Part shown: one piece after another, positions 18,369 to 27,930 of the stretch | Numbering within the stretch: the first letter of the stretch is position 1 | How the letters are laid out: every line of letters starts with the position of its first letter | Assembly: GCA_002898895.1 (NCBI GenBank) | Contig: BEHS01000003.1 | Coordinates: 1-47,344 of the forward strand | DNA from: a bacterium HR16 | GTDB taxonomy: Bacteria > Armatimonadota > HRBIN16 | Length of the DNA: 47,344 nucleotides | Reading direction: 5' to 3' | The notes under the pieces: generated by a model | Seen by the model: only the letters and a program-made list of their open reading frames with translations | Databases searched by the model: none | Told to the model about the DNA's origin: nothing | Made by a program: the position numbers and the translations under genes

Positions 18369-19256
18369 ATGATAGAGGACCTGTCCGTGTATCACCACCC
18401 GATTGGGAGCCTGTTTCGCCTGCCGGGTACGCGGGAGGAGTGGCAGCAGTACCGCCTGAGCGATGAACAGATTGCCTTCTTTCACGAGAACGGCTACCTG
18501 CCCGGCATCCGTATCCTTACCGATGAGCAGGTGGAGCAGCTGCGCGAGGAGCTGGACACCCTGATGGACCCCTCTCACCCCGGGCATCATCTGTTCTATG
18601 AGTACCACTCCAACGAGAGCAAGGACCCGAACACCATCCTGTTCCACGCGCTGGGCGCATGGCGCATCACACCGGGCTTTCATGACATCCTGTGGCATCC
18701 GGCGTTCACCGTGCCGGCGGCGCAACTGCTGGGCGGAGCGGTGCGATTCTGGCACGACCAGCTGTTTTGCAAACCGCCGAAACAGGGCGGCGTGGTGGCG
18801 TGGCATCAGGATTACTCGTACTGGACGCGCACGCAGCCGCAGGCGCACCTTACCTGCTGGATTGGGCTGGATGATGCTACACAGGAGAACGGTGCGCTGA
18901 TGTATATCCCCGGCTCGCACCGCTGGAACCTGTTGCCTATCACCGGACTGGCAGGCGACATGGAGGCGATTATGAGCGTGCTGACCGACGAGCAAAGAGC
19001 ACAGTTCCATCCCGTTACGGTGGAGCTGAAGAAGGGGGAATGCTCCTTTCACCACGCGCTGGTGGTGCATGGTTCAGGAGTGAACCGCTCGGAGCGACCG
19101 CGCCGCGCCACAGTGATTAACGTCTTCCGCGACGGAGTGAGGTCCGCCTCTAACGAGCCGCTGCTGGAGGGGGTTCCGGTCATCCCCGCAGGCGAAAAGA
19201 TGGGTGGACAATTTTTCCCGTTGCTTCTCGACCCACGAGAGGCGGGTATTGCGTAG
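18369..19256 (+). CDS. PhyH-family Fe(II)/2-oxoglutarate dioxygenase
   Basis: [47 protein letters not shown]. Confidence 0.92.
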   Translation: MIEDLSVYHHPIGSLFRLPGTREEWQQYRLSDEQIAFFHENGYLPGIRILTDEQVEQLREELDTLMDPSHPGHHLFYEYHSNESKDPNTILFHALGAWRITPGFHDILWHPAFTVPAAQLLGGAVRFWHDQLFCKPPKQGGVVAWHQDYSYWTRTQPQAHLTCWIGLDDATQENGALMYIPGSHRWNLLPITGLAGDMEAIMSVLTDEQRAQFHPVTVELKKGECSFHHALVVHGSGVNRSERPRRATVINVFRDGVRSASNEPLLEGVPVIPAGEKMGGQFFPLLLDPREAGIA

Positions 19257-19311
19257 CTGCTGGGAGGAAGCCATCTGCACCAATATGGCTCGGCGGGGCA
19301 GGTTGCTACCC

Positions 19312-19340
19312 TTGATTTTTTTCCGCAAAACAAGTACTAT
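19312..19340 (+). promoter_or_regulatory. Sigma-70 promoter of the nuo operon
   Basis: TTGATT-17-TACTAT in an AT-rich intergenic region. Confidence 0.5.
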
Positions 19341-19396
19341 TAGTAACGGCAGATTTATTGAATCATCATACTGTAGTAGTGTTGTGAGGTGGTGGA

Positions 19397-19756
19397 GTGA
19401 GTACGCTCATCGTTATCGGAGTATTTACGTTCGTTGCTATCCTGATAGTGGGTGTCACGCTGGCACTCTCTCATGCGGTTGCTCCCCGAATGCCTACGCC
19501 GGTGAAGGGTGAGACCTATGAATGCGGTGCCGAGGTGTTCTCGGACGCCTGGCGCCAGCAAAACCTGCACATATACATTTTCGCCCTGCTGTTCGTGGTG
19601 TTCGATGTGGAGCTGGCGTTGCTGGCGCCGGTGGCTCTGGTGGCAAAGAGCCTGAACGCGCCATGGCTGGTGTTTACTGAGGTCGCCCTGTTTATCGCTA
19701 TTCTGGGTGCGGGGTTGCTGTACGCCTGGCGAAGGGGGGCGCTGACATGGGAGTAA
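19397..19756 (+). CDS. nuoA: NADH-quinone oxidoreductase subunit A
   Basis: [22 protein letters not shown]. Confidence 0.95.
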   Translation: MSTLIVIGVFTFVAILIVGVTLALSHAVAPRMPTPVKGETYECGAEVFSDAWRQQNLHIYIFALLFVVFDVELALLAPVALVAKSLNAPWLVFTEVALFIAILGAGLLYAWRRGALTWE

Positions 19757-20307
19757 AAGAGCGACTGGAAAAAGGGCTGATTAAGGTTCCGGGCGGAACC
19801 ATCCTCGTTGCCAAACTGGCAGACCTGATGGCGTGGGCGCGAAAATCGTCCATGTGGTCACTGACCTTCGGGCTGTCTTGCTGTGCAATTGAGATGATGG
19901 CGACCGCCGCCTCACGCTACGATTTAGACCGCTTCGGCATGTTCTTCCGCGCCACACCACGCCAGGCAGACGTGATGATCGTAGCAGGCTGGGTGTCGGT
20001 GAAGATGGCGCCCTTCATCAAACGCCTCTACGAGCAGATGCCTGAGCCCAAATACGTGATTGCCATGGGCGGCTGCGCCAGCGCAGGAGGACCCTACCGC
20101 GACTCCATCACCATCGTGAAGGGTGTGGACCAGTTCGTGCCGGTGGATGTGTATGTATACGGTTGCCCGCCTCGCCCCGAAAACCTGATTCTGGGCATCC
20201 TGAAACTGCAAGAGCGAATCCGCCGCGAGCATCTGGCGGAAAAGAACGGCTTGCCCAAACCGGTGCGCGAGCCGATTATTATCCCCGACACGGGAGCAAC
20301 CGGATGA
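19747..20307 (+). CDS. nuoB: NADH-quinone oxidoreductase subunit B
   Basis: [29 protein letters not shown]. Confidence 0.97.
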   Translation: MGVKERLEKGLIKVPGGTILVAKLADLMAWARKSSMWSLTFGLSCCAIEMMATAASRYDLDRFGMFFRATPRQADVMIVAGWVSVKMAPFIKRLYEQMPEPKYVIAMGGCASAGGPYRDSITIVKGVDQFVPVDVYVYGCPPRPENLILGILKLQERIRREHLAEKNGLPKPVREPIIIPDTGATG

Positions 20308-20783
20308 ATCAGGCGATAGAGAACCTGTTGCAACGCTTTGGCGAGGCGGTTATCGAATGGACACAGGTTAGCCCCAACGAGGTGCGCCTGACGGTCTCAG
20401 CATCACACTGGCGAGACATCGCGCAGTACCTGCACGACGACCCCCTGTGGCAAATGGACTACCCTGCTGACCTCACCGTGTGGGATACCGGCAACGAGTT
20501 TGGCGTCTATTTGCGCCTGTGGTCCTCGGTGTACAACCACAACGTGGTAGTGTTGACCTCTATCTCGCGTGAGGAGGCGCGCATCGCCTCGCTGGCGACG
20601 CTCTACCCGGGCGTGGACTGGCACGAGCGCGAAATGTACGACATGTACGGGGTAATTTTCGAAGGTCACCCCAACCTGAAGCGCATCCTGTTGCCTGACG
20701 ATTGGGAGGGCTTCCCCTTCCGCAAGGACTATGTGGCGGAGCCCAGTGGAAATCCTTTGCATGGGCCGCAACCGGTGAACTGA
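20304..20783 (+). CDS. nuoC: NADH-quinone oxidoreductase subunit C
   Basis: ATG 20304 overlaps the nuoB stop; [38 protein letters not shown]. Confidence 0.95.
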   Translation: MNQAIENLLQRFGEAVIEWTQVSPNEVRLTVSASHWRDIAQYLHDDPLWQMDYPADLTVWDTGNEFGVYLRLWSSVYNHNVVVLTSISREEARIASLATLYPGVDWHEREMYDMYGVIFEGHPNLKRILLPDDWEGFPFRKDYVAEPSGNPLHGPQPVN

Positions 20784-20784
20784 G

Positions 20785-21930
20785 ATGAGTGTACCTGTTT
20801 CGTCACAAACGCCATCGTCGCTGAACACAGTAGAAATCCTCTCTCAGGGGATGGTGATTAATGTCGGGCCGCAGCACCCCTCCACGCATGGAGTGTTGCG
20901 ACTGATATTGACACTGGACGGCGAGCAGATTGTGGCGTGCGAGCCTGTCATCGGTTACCTGCATCGCGGGCTGGAGAAGATGATGGAGCGTCGCCCCTAT
21001 CGCCACAACATCCCCTTCACCGACCGACTGGACTACCTCGCCGCGCTGTCCAATAACTTGGGCATCTGCCAGTGCATCGAACGGCTGGGAGGGGTAGAGG
21101 TTCCCGAACGCGCCCAGTATATCCGCGTGCTGCTCATGGAACTCCAGCGTATCGCCAGCCATCTGGTGTTTCTGGGCACGTTCGGCACCGACCTGGGCGC
21201 TACGACCATGTTCCTCTACGCCTTCCGCGAGCGCGAGATGGTGCTGGACCTGCTGGAGGAGTGTACCGGCGCGAGGTTGACCTACAACTGGGTGCGGGTG
21301 GGCGGCGTGCCGGATGACCTGCCGGAGGGCTTTGGGCAAAAGGTGCTGGACTTCGCCAAACTCTTTCGCCAGCGCATCGAGGAGTACGACATGCTGCTAA
21401 CGCGCAACCGCATCTTCCGTTCGCGCACGCAGGGCGTCGGCGTCTTACCGAAGGAGACCGCGCTGGCGTACGGGTGCAGCGGTCCCGTCGCGCGAGCGTC
21501 CGGCATACCTTACGACATCCGCAAGGTCGCCCCGTACGAGGTGTACGATCGGGTGGAGTTCGACGTGCCGGTGTTTGAGGACGGCGACGTATGGGCACGT
21601 TATCTGGTGCGCATGGAGGAGCTGCGCCAGAGCCTGCGCATCATCGAGCAGGTGCTGCGTGATATGCCGGACGGTCCGGTGCAGACCAAACTGCCCAAGA
21701 TATTCAAACCGCCGGCTGGCATCGCATACTCGCGCGTAGAAAGTCCGCGCGGTGAACTGAGCTTTATGATGGTCAGCGACGGTAGTCCCAATCCGGTGCG
21801 TGTGCACATTCGCGCGCCGTCGTTCGTCAACCTGAGTGTGCTACCGCGCCTGCTGGAAGGGGCGAAGGTGGCGGACCTCGTAGCCATACTGGGCAGCATC
21901 GACGTGGTTTTAGGGGAGATAGACCGGTGA
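20785..21930 (+). CDS. nuoD: NADH-quinone oxidoreductase subunit D
   Basis: GPQHPSTHGVLRL, GYLHRGLEK, DRLDY, GEIDR C-terminus. Confidence 0.97.
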   Translation: MSVPVSSQTPSSLNTVEILSQGMVINVGPQHPSTHGVLRLILTLDGEQIVACEPVIGYLHRGLEKMMERRPYRHNIPFTDRLDYLAALSNNLGICQCIERLGGVEVPERAQYIRVLLMELQRIASHLVFLGTFGTDLGATTMFLYAFREREMVLDLLEECTGARLTYNWVRVGGVPDDLPEGFGQKVLDFAKLFRQRIEEYDMLLTRNRIFRSRTQGVGVLPKETALAYGCSGPVARASGIPYDIRKVAPYEVYDRVEFDVPVFEDGDVWARYLVRMEELRQSLRIIEQVLRDMPDGPVQTKLPKIFKPPAGIAYSRVESPRGELSFMMVSDGSPNPVRVHIRAPSFVNLSVLPRLLEGAKVADLVAILGSIDVVLGEIDR

Positions 21931-22913
21931 TTGAGGCGATCACACAGTTTTTCAAGCAATATCCGCTGTTGTGGACGTTTGTCAAGGCGGTGGTACTGGC
22001 GAGCTTCACGCTGGTTATCCCGCTGGCGGTTATCTATGTGGAGCGGAAGATAGCAGGCTTCATCCAGAGCCGCCTGGGACCCCTGCATGTGGGACCGCAG
22101 GGTGCGTTTCAAACAGCGGCGGATGCGCTGAAGCTGCTCTTGAAAGAGGACATCGTGCCTGAGGGGGCGGACAAACGCTTCTTCTACCTCGCCCCGTACA
22201 TTGCGTTCATCTCCACCGTGCTGTGCTTCATGGTGCTTCCGTTTGCGCCCGGCTGGGTGGCGCTGGAGATGAACGTGGCGGTGTTGTTCATTATCGGGGT
22301 GTCGTTGTTCAACGTGGTGAGCATCCTGATGGCGGGCTGGTCATCCAATAACAAGTACTCCCTGCTGGGCGGCTTGCGGGCGGTGGCGCAGCTGCTCTCC
22401 TACGAAATCCCGATGGTGCTTTCGGTGCTGGCGGTGGTGTTTTACACCGGCTCGCTCAGCCTCACCGGCATCATCGAGTATCAGGTGAAGCATGGGTGGA
22501 ACATCTGGCATCCACCGATTATGATTGCCGCCCTCATCTACTTCATCTGTGCGCTGGCGGAAATCAACCGCACCCCGTTCGACCTGCCGGAGGCGGAGTC
22601 GGAGCTGGTCAGCGGGTTCAACACCGAGTACTCGGGGATGCGCTTCGCCTTCTTCTTTGCGTCGGAGTTCGCCAACAACTTCTTCATTACCGCGTTTGCC
22701 GCCGCGCTCTTCTTCGGCGGATGGGACGGTCCCGTTCTACCGCCGATTGTGTGGACGTTCCTGAAGGTGTTCGTGATGATTTTCGTCTTCATGTGGGTGC
22801 GGTGGACGCCCCCGCGCTTGCGGATAGACCAGATTCTACGCTTTGCCTGGCAACTTCTGGTGCCGATCAGCCTGGCGAACCTGCTGTTCGCCATCGCTCT
22901 GGGGGTGAGATAA
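21927..22913 (+). CDS. nuoH: NADH-quinone oxidoreductase subunit H
   Basis: ERKIAGFIQSRLGP, SNNKYSLLGGLR, RTPFDLPEAESELVSGFNTEYSG. Confidence 0.97.
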   Translation: MIEAITQFFKQYPLLWTFVKAVVLASFTLVIPLAVIYVERKIAGFIQSRLGPLHVGPQGAFQTAADALKLLLKEDIVPEGADKRFFYLAPYIAFISTVLCFMVLPFAPGWVALEMNVAVLFIIGVSLFNVVSILMAGWSSNNKYSLLGGLRAVAQLLSYEIPMVLSVLAVVFYTGSLSLTGIIEYQVKHGWNIWHPPIMIAALIYFICALAEINRTPFDLPEAESELVSGFNTEYSGMRFAFFFASEFANNFFITAFAAALFFGGWDGPVLPPIVWTFLKVFVMIFVFMWVRWTPPRLRIDQILRFAWQLLVPISLANLLFAIALGVR

Positions 22914-22914
22914 C

Positions 22915-23481
22915 ATGAGCCGTCAACGGACGATGAGAGATACAGAATACAATCCGCTGGTTTACTTCATCGATGGGCTGGTCACGCTGTTTAACGGGAT
23001 GGTGGTGACCTGGCGCAACTTGTGGCGTCCGAAAGTCACTGTGCGTTACCCCTATCAGCGTCGTCCGGTGCCGCCGCGCTATCGTGGGTTGTTCTATCTG
23101 AAGTGGAACGAGGAGAAGCAACGGCTCAACTGCGTTGGCTGCACACTGTGCGCGCAAGCCTGCCCCACCGACGTGATTTCGATGGTGAAGCTGGGCAAGG
23201 GAACACACGCGGGGGTCAGCGAGTTCACAATGGACCTCGGGCGATGCATGTTCTGCAATCTGTGTGTGGAGGCGTGTCCCTTCGACGCCATCTATATGGG
23301 ACCCAACTATGAGCTCGCCAGCGAGCGGCGCGATGCCTCGCTCTTCCGTATTGCGGATTTGGCACAGGGTGGCGAGGAAGCGGTGCGCAAGAATATCGAA
23401 ACGATAGAGCGGCTGCTGGCGGAAGAAGAGAAGGCGAAACCGGCTCATGCGGTACACGCAGCAGGGGGAGAATCGGAATGA
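22915..23481 (+). CDS. nuoI: NADH-quinone oxidoreductase subunit I
   Basis: Two CxxCxxCxxxCP motifs; VTVRYP. Confidence 0.95.
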   Translation: MSRQRTMRDTEYNPLVYFIDGLVTLFNGMVVTWRNLWRPKVTVRYPYQRRPVPPRYRGLFYLKWNEEKQRLNCVGCTLCAQACPTDVISMVKLGKGTHAGVSEFTMDLGRCMFCNLCVEACPFDAIYMGPNYELASERRDASLFRIADLAQGGEEAVRKNIETIERLLAEEEKAKPAHAVHAAGGESE

Positions 23482-24011
23482 GCGTGCTGGAACTCGCGTT
23501 GCTTATCTTTCTTACCGCAGTGACGGTATTCTCTGCGCTGATGGTGGTGGCGGTGCGCAACCTGATTCATGCGGGCTTCTGGCTGCTGCCCTTCTTTCTG
23601 GGTATCGGTGGTTTTTACCTCATCCTCTCCGTAGAGTTCCTGTTCGCCTTGCAGCTGTTACTGTACGCCGGGGCGGTGATGGTGGTGGTGCTGTTTGCGC
23701 TTATGCTCACGCGCGACGTAATGAACCCGCAGATTCGCCAGACGAACCGCCTGTACGTGGCAGCGATAGCCGCCAGCGCAAGCATGATGACCCTGCTGGT
23801 AGTGCTCATCTACCGGCATCTGGGCGCGCTGTCCGTTCCGCCCGGTCTGGTGGATTCGGATGCTATTACCCGCAGGCTGGGCACGATGCTGCTGAACGAG
23901 TACGTGCTGCCTTTCGAACTGACCTCTGCACTGTTGCTCAGCGCGATGCTGGGAGCGATTTTCCTCGCGCGCAACCCCAGAATCGAGATGGAAGAGGAGA
24001 GCGGGGAATGA
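23478..24011 (+). CDS. nuoJ: NADH-quinone oxidoreductase subunit J
   Basis: QLLLYAGAVMVVVLFALML, YVLPFELTS. Confidence 0.93.
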   Translation: MSVLELALLIFLTAVTVFSALMVVAVRNLIHAGFWLLPFFLGIGGFYLILSVEFLFALQLLLYAGAVMVVVLFALMLTRDVMNPQIRQTNRLYVAAIAASASMMTLLVVLIYRHLGALSVPPGLVDSDAITRRLGTMLLNEYVLPFELTSALLLSAMLGAIFLARNPRIEMEEESGE

Positions 24012-24328
24012 ACCTGAACCATCTACCCCTTCACTTCTTTGTGCTGCTCAGCACGGTGTTGTTCGCCATCGGGCTGTACGGCTTGATTTCCCGTCGCAAC
24101 GCTATTGCGGTGCTGATGTCCATTGAGATTGTAATGAACGCAGCGAACCTGAACTTCGTCGCCTTCTGGCGTTACCTGCACCCGCAGTCGCTGGAGGGTG
24201 TGGTGTTCGTGCTGGTGACCATCACAGTAGCGGCGGCAGAAGTAGCGGTAGGCATGGCGGTGGTGCTTTCTATCTACCGGACGTTACACACGGTCAACGT
24301 AGACGAAGTGGCGCAGATGCGAGGATAG
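24008..24328 (+). CDS. nuoK: NADH-quinone oxidoreductase subunit K
   Basis: ATG 24008; LMSIEIVMNAANLN, VAAAEVAVG. Confidence 0.95.
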   Translation: MNLNHLPLHFFVLLSTVLFAIGLYGLISRRNAIAVLMSIEIVMNAANLNFVAFWRYLHPQSLEGVVFVLVTITVAAAEVAVGMAVVLSIYRTLHTVNVDEVAQMRG

Positions 24329-25044
24329 TGTCGGCAATGCTATCCCCTTCCGAACTGGCGCGAGAGGTGGTTCGAAGGCTGGATGCCCTGCACGGTCGCC
24401 CTGTATGGCAACAGCGTATGCCTCCACTGGAGGAGCTCATCGCCTGCATTCTGTCGCAACACACCTCGGACAACAACTCGTGGCGTGCCTACCAGCGGTT
24501 GCGCGAGCGTTTCCCCACCTGGGAAGCGGTGATGAAGGCTCCTGTCGAGGAGGTGGAGGAGGCTATCCGTCCGGGCGGACTGGCGAGCAGTAAGGCACCG
24601 CGTATTCAGGCGGTACTGCGTGCGGTCGCGGAGCATAACGAGGGCAGGCTGAACCTGGACTTCCTGCAGAACATGGACACCGAATCCGCTCGGCGCTATC
24701 TGCTCAGCCTGCCGGGCGTCGGTCCGAAAACGGCGGCAATTGTGCTGTGCTTCTCGCTGGGCAGACCGGTAATACCGGTGGATACGCACGTGTTTCGCGT
24801 CTCCTGGCGTCTGGGCTTCTTCGACCGCAAGGTAGGCGAGGCAAAAGCGCACGACCTGCTACAGCAAATCGTTCCCGAAGAGGACATCTACCCCTTTCAC
24901 GTGCACCTCATCCGGCACGGCAGGCAGGTGTGTAAAGCACAACGCCCCCGTTGTGAGCAGTGCCCGCTGGCGGACATCTGCGCCTACAGACAGGAGATTA
25001 CAACCACCCCTCCTCCAGCAATCTCCTCTCATCCCTCGCAATGA
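24328..25044 (+). CDS. nth: Endonuclease III (HhH-GPD DNA glycosylase with Fe-S cluster)
   Basis: ILSQHTSD, LPGVGPKTA, PVDTHVFRV, C-X6-C-X2-C-X5-C; start GTG 24328 or ATG 24337. Confidence 0.92.
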   Translation: MSAMLSPSELAREVVRRLDALHGRPVWQQRMPPLEELIACILSQHTSDNNSWRAYQRLRERFPTWEAVMKAPVEEVEEAIRPGGLASSKAPRIQAVLRAVAEHNEGRLNLDFLQNMDTESARRYLLSLPGVGPKTAAIVLCFSLGRPVIPVDTHVFRVSWRLGFFDRKVGEAKAHDLLQQIVPEEDIYPFHVHLIRHGRQVCKAQRPRCEQCPLADICAYRQEITTTPPPAISSHPSQ

Positions 25045-25654
25045 GGCAGTCCTCGCACCGCTTGGGAGGTACAAAACCCATCTCGCGGAAATATTTCTGC
25101 TGCGGCACCGAGAACTCGAACTCCCTGCCACACTCGATGCAGGTAAGCATGATAGGCTCCAGCGGTTCCGGAGAACGCTGCTGGGTGATTCCCATACGCT
25201 CACGCCAGGCGTCGAACAGGCTGGGCTGGTGACGGCTCCAGAGCACCTGATAAGGCGAGGAGAGGAAAACTTCGGGACAGAAGGTGTATCCGCGCAGTAC
25301 CTGCACGAAGGAAATATCACCACAGCCGGGCACCAGACAATCCCGGCTGTGCACCGGGCATTCCTTGCGATAGCAGATGTGCCCCAGATGCTTCTGCTGA
25401 CTACTAAACACCAGCACCTCCCATGCATGGGTCACGGACGACATTTTTCGGGCGTACTTCGCCAGAGTGGAGACATCGTCCGTATCGTTCAAGAACACGG
25501 CGAGGTCGATGTCAGCGGGGTAAGGGTCATCCGAAGCCAGCGAGCCAAACAACACTACCTCGTCAACGAATGGGAGATCTCGCACCCTGTCTGCGAACTC
25601 CTTCGCCGCCCCGTACATCGCTTCACGTTTCTGTCGGTAGATTGCCTCGTTCAT
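24998..25654 (-). CDS. Minimal nucleotidyltransferase (Pol-beta-like) fused to a C-terminal zinc ribbon (zf-trcl-like)
   Basis: VVLFGSLA...ADIDLAVFL; central CYRKECPVHSRDCLVPGC; C-terminal CIECGREFEFSVPQQKYFREMGFVPPKRCEDC. Confidence 0.8.
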   Translation of the reverse strand: MNEAIYRQKREAMYGAAKEFADRVRDLPFVDEVVLFGSLASDDPYPADIDLAVFLNDTDDVSTLAKYARKMSSVTHAWEVLVFSSQQKHLGHICYRKECPVHSRDCLVPGCGDISFVQVLRGYTFCPEVFLSSPYQVLWSRHQPSLFDAWRERMGITQQRSPEPLEPIMLTCIECGREFEFSVPQQKYFREMGFVPPKRCEDCLIARDERRLLEEGWL

Positions 25655-25776
25655 TGCCCCGCACCTGTTAATAAACCCGTGTTTTACATTGTACCCCCAT
25701 CAGGTGAAACATGTTTGCCCAAAGATACCTCTCCGTGTTAGAATAAAAGCGCAACAAGGTTTCGCAAGGAGAAGAT

Positions 25777-27012
25777 ATGCTAACCAACGAGGAGAAGCGG
25801 GTAGCGGTCTACCAGATGGATGCCGAGCCAACTCGCCCGGAGACGGTAACGCCGGAGACCCCTCTGGAAAAGCTCAACCTGAACTGGCGGGAGCGCGACC
25901 TGCCAGAACGAATCCGCACCAAACATGTGCACCGTTTGCACCCCTATTTGGGTAAGTTCATCCCTCAGCTGGTAGAGGTGTTTCTACGAAAGTTCTTCCG
26001 GGCAGGGCAAACGGTGATGGACCCCTTCTGTGGCTCGGGCACCACTCTGGTACAGGCAAACGAGATGGGCGTTCACGCCGTCGGCTACGATGTTTCTGCG
26101 TTTAACGTGCTGCTATGCCGGGCGAAGACGGCGCGATACGACCTCGATAAGATGCAAAAAGAGGTGATGGACGTACTGGAAAAGGTGCATCGTCGTATGG
26201 CATCACGGGATGCGGGACAACTCTCCCTGCTGATGGAGACGCAGGATGTCGTCTACGATGCAGAAGGGATGTCCAGTAGCGAATATCTGCGCAAGTGGTA
26301 TGCACCACAAGCTTTGCACGAGTTGCTAACCTATCGTGATATTGTAGAGCGAGGAGACTATGAGTACAAGGACCTGTTGCGCATCATTCTTTCCCGCTCC
26401 GCGCGCTCGGCAAGACTAACCACCCATTACGATTTAGACTTCCCCAAGCAACCGATTACGGAGCCTTACTGGTGTCACAAGCACGGTCGTATCTGCGAGC
26501 CGACCACCGAGGCGTTCAAGTTTTTGAAGCGCTACAGCATCGACACCATTCATCGGGTAAAGCAGTATGCACTGGTACGAACCGATGCCGAGGTGACCGT
26601 GTATCACGCGGACAGTCGTAAGGCGGACTTTCCGCCAGTAGATGGTGTGATTACCAGCCCTCCCTACGTCGGATTGATCGACTACCATGAGCAACACGCC
26701 TACGCCTATCACCTGTTAGGCTTGCATGACCTGCGCGATTGCGAGATCGGCGCGGCATCGAACGGCGCGTCGGAGAAGGCAAAGCAACAGTACATGGTGG
26801 ACATTGCCACCGTCTTCCGGCGAATCGCAGCGGTCATGCCCTCTGGCGCGCCGGTGGTGGTGGTGGCGAATGACAAGCACAACCTGTATGGGCGAATTGC
26901 CGAAATGGTCGGGGTGCGGGTAGAGGCAGTGCTGCACCGGCACGTCAACCGCCGTACAGGACGAAGATCGAGTGAGTTTTTCGAATCCATTTTCATTTGG
27001 CGCACGCCGTAA
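25777..27012 (+). CDS. Type II DNA methyltransferase, probably N4-cytosine (alpha motif order)
   Basis: HPYLGKFIPQL, DPFCGSGTTL (SAM binding), ITSPPY (catalytic). Confidence 0.9.
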   Translation: MLTNEEKRVAVYQMDAEPTRPETVTPETPLEKLNLNWRERDLPERIRTKHVHRLHPYLGKFIPQLVEVFLRKFFRAGQTVMDPFCGSGTTLVQANEMGVHAVGYDVSAFNVLLCRAKTARYDLDKMQKEVMDVLEKVHRRMASRDAGQLSLLMETQDVVYDAEGMSSSEYLRKWYAPQALHELLTYRDIVERGDYEYKDLLRIILSRSARSARLTTHYDLDFPKQPITEPYWCHKHGRICEPTTEAFKFLKRYSIDTIHRVKQYALVRTDAEVTVYHADSRKADFPPVDGVITSPPYVGLIDYHEQHAYAYHLLGLHDLRDCEIGAASNGASEKAKQQYMVDIATVFRRIAAVMPSGAPVVVVANDKHNLYGRIAEMVGVRVEAVLHRHVNRRTGRRSSEFFESIFIWRTP

Positions 27013-27016
27013 CACA

Positions 27017-27847
27017 ATGGCTATTCTCAGTGACGTAACTCGCTCACGGATACAGGGATACCTGGAAGCGTTTGTGGCGAACACAGTCGCAGAGGTAAAG
27101 GAGAGGCTTCTGCCTGCTTCGATGTCCGTGCGTCAGTACCTGGAGCAGAGATCGTCTGACGGCAGGCTCAAGCCGTTTCACCAGGCGATTATCCCTGCGG
27201 AGCTGATGCGCCTGAGCGCGTTTGAAAGGAGTTTCAGCACCCGTTTGGGTTCCACCTTTGAGGAATGCGCCCGTCTCATCGCCTTGCAGTTTCATCGAGA
27301 TGCTCAGCGCAGCTATCGGCTGAGCGGCAAGGTCAGCCGATCGGCGCTGCAGGAGATAGAGCGACAGGTAAGCCTCTTCGAGCACGCCTCCTCTTCACGC
27401 CTGTCGATGCAAGAGATGGTAGAAGCTGTACTCGGTGCGCGGCGTATCGATGACCTCATCCCTCTGCGTCTTATCGCCGACCTGTGGGTACAGCGTCACG
27501 ACGGAACGCAGCTGTTCTTCGAAATCAAATCGCCCGTACCCAATAAGGGGCAGTGTCTGGAGGTTACCCAGAGACTGTTAAGGGTACACCTTGTCACAGG
27601 GGAAAAGCGTCCGCAGGTAGCAGGTTACTTCGCAATGGCGTACAACCCCTATGGAGCAAGCCGAGCCGACTATCGCTGGACGTACGCGAGAAACTACATG
27701 CCTTTCGAGGACGCTGTGTTAATAGGCAAAGAGTTCTGGTCGCTGGTTGGTGTAGAAGGCGTTTATGAAGAGCTGCTGGAAATCTATCAACAAGTTGGGC
27801 AGGCGCGAGCGAAGTATATTCTGGATACGCTGGCTTTTGGATTCTGA
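27017..27847 (+). CDS. Type II restriction endonuclease, TdeIII/MjaII-like
   Basis: KPFH, FERSFSTRLGSTFEE, ADL...FEIKSPVPNKGQ, AYNPYG, LIGKEFW; 4 nt after the methyltransferase stop. Confidence 0.85.
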   Translation: MAILSDVTRSRIQGYLEAFVANTVAEVKERLLPASMSVRQYLEQRSSDGRLKPFHQAIIPAELMRLSAFERSFSTRLGSTFEECARLIALQFHRDAQRSYRLSGKVSRSALQEIERQVSLFEHASSSRLSMQEMVEAVLGARRIDDLIPLRLIADLWVQRHDGTQLFFEIKSPVPNKGQCLEVTQRLLRVHLVTGEKRPQVAGYFAMAYNPYGASRADYRWTYARNYMPFEDAVLIGKEFWSLVGVEGVYEELLEIYQQVGQARAKYILDTLAFGF

Positions 27848-27930
27848 ACCTTTCTCACCGCAGGTTGCTTCCCTGCCCCTCGATATGCTACAATCCTTGA
27901 CGGCAAATCCCCGATGGACGAAGGTTCGCT

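Noticed and set aside
15764-18372. Extra TGCTATGA copies at 15764-15771 (reverse) and 18365-18372
   Set aside because: Isolated copies that overlap start codons; compatible with chance, so not counted as operators.
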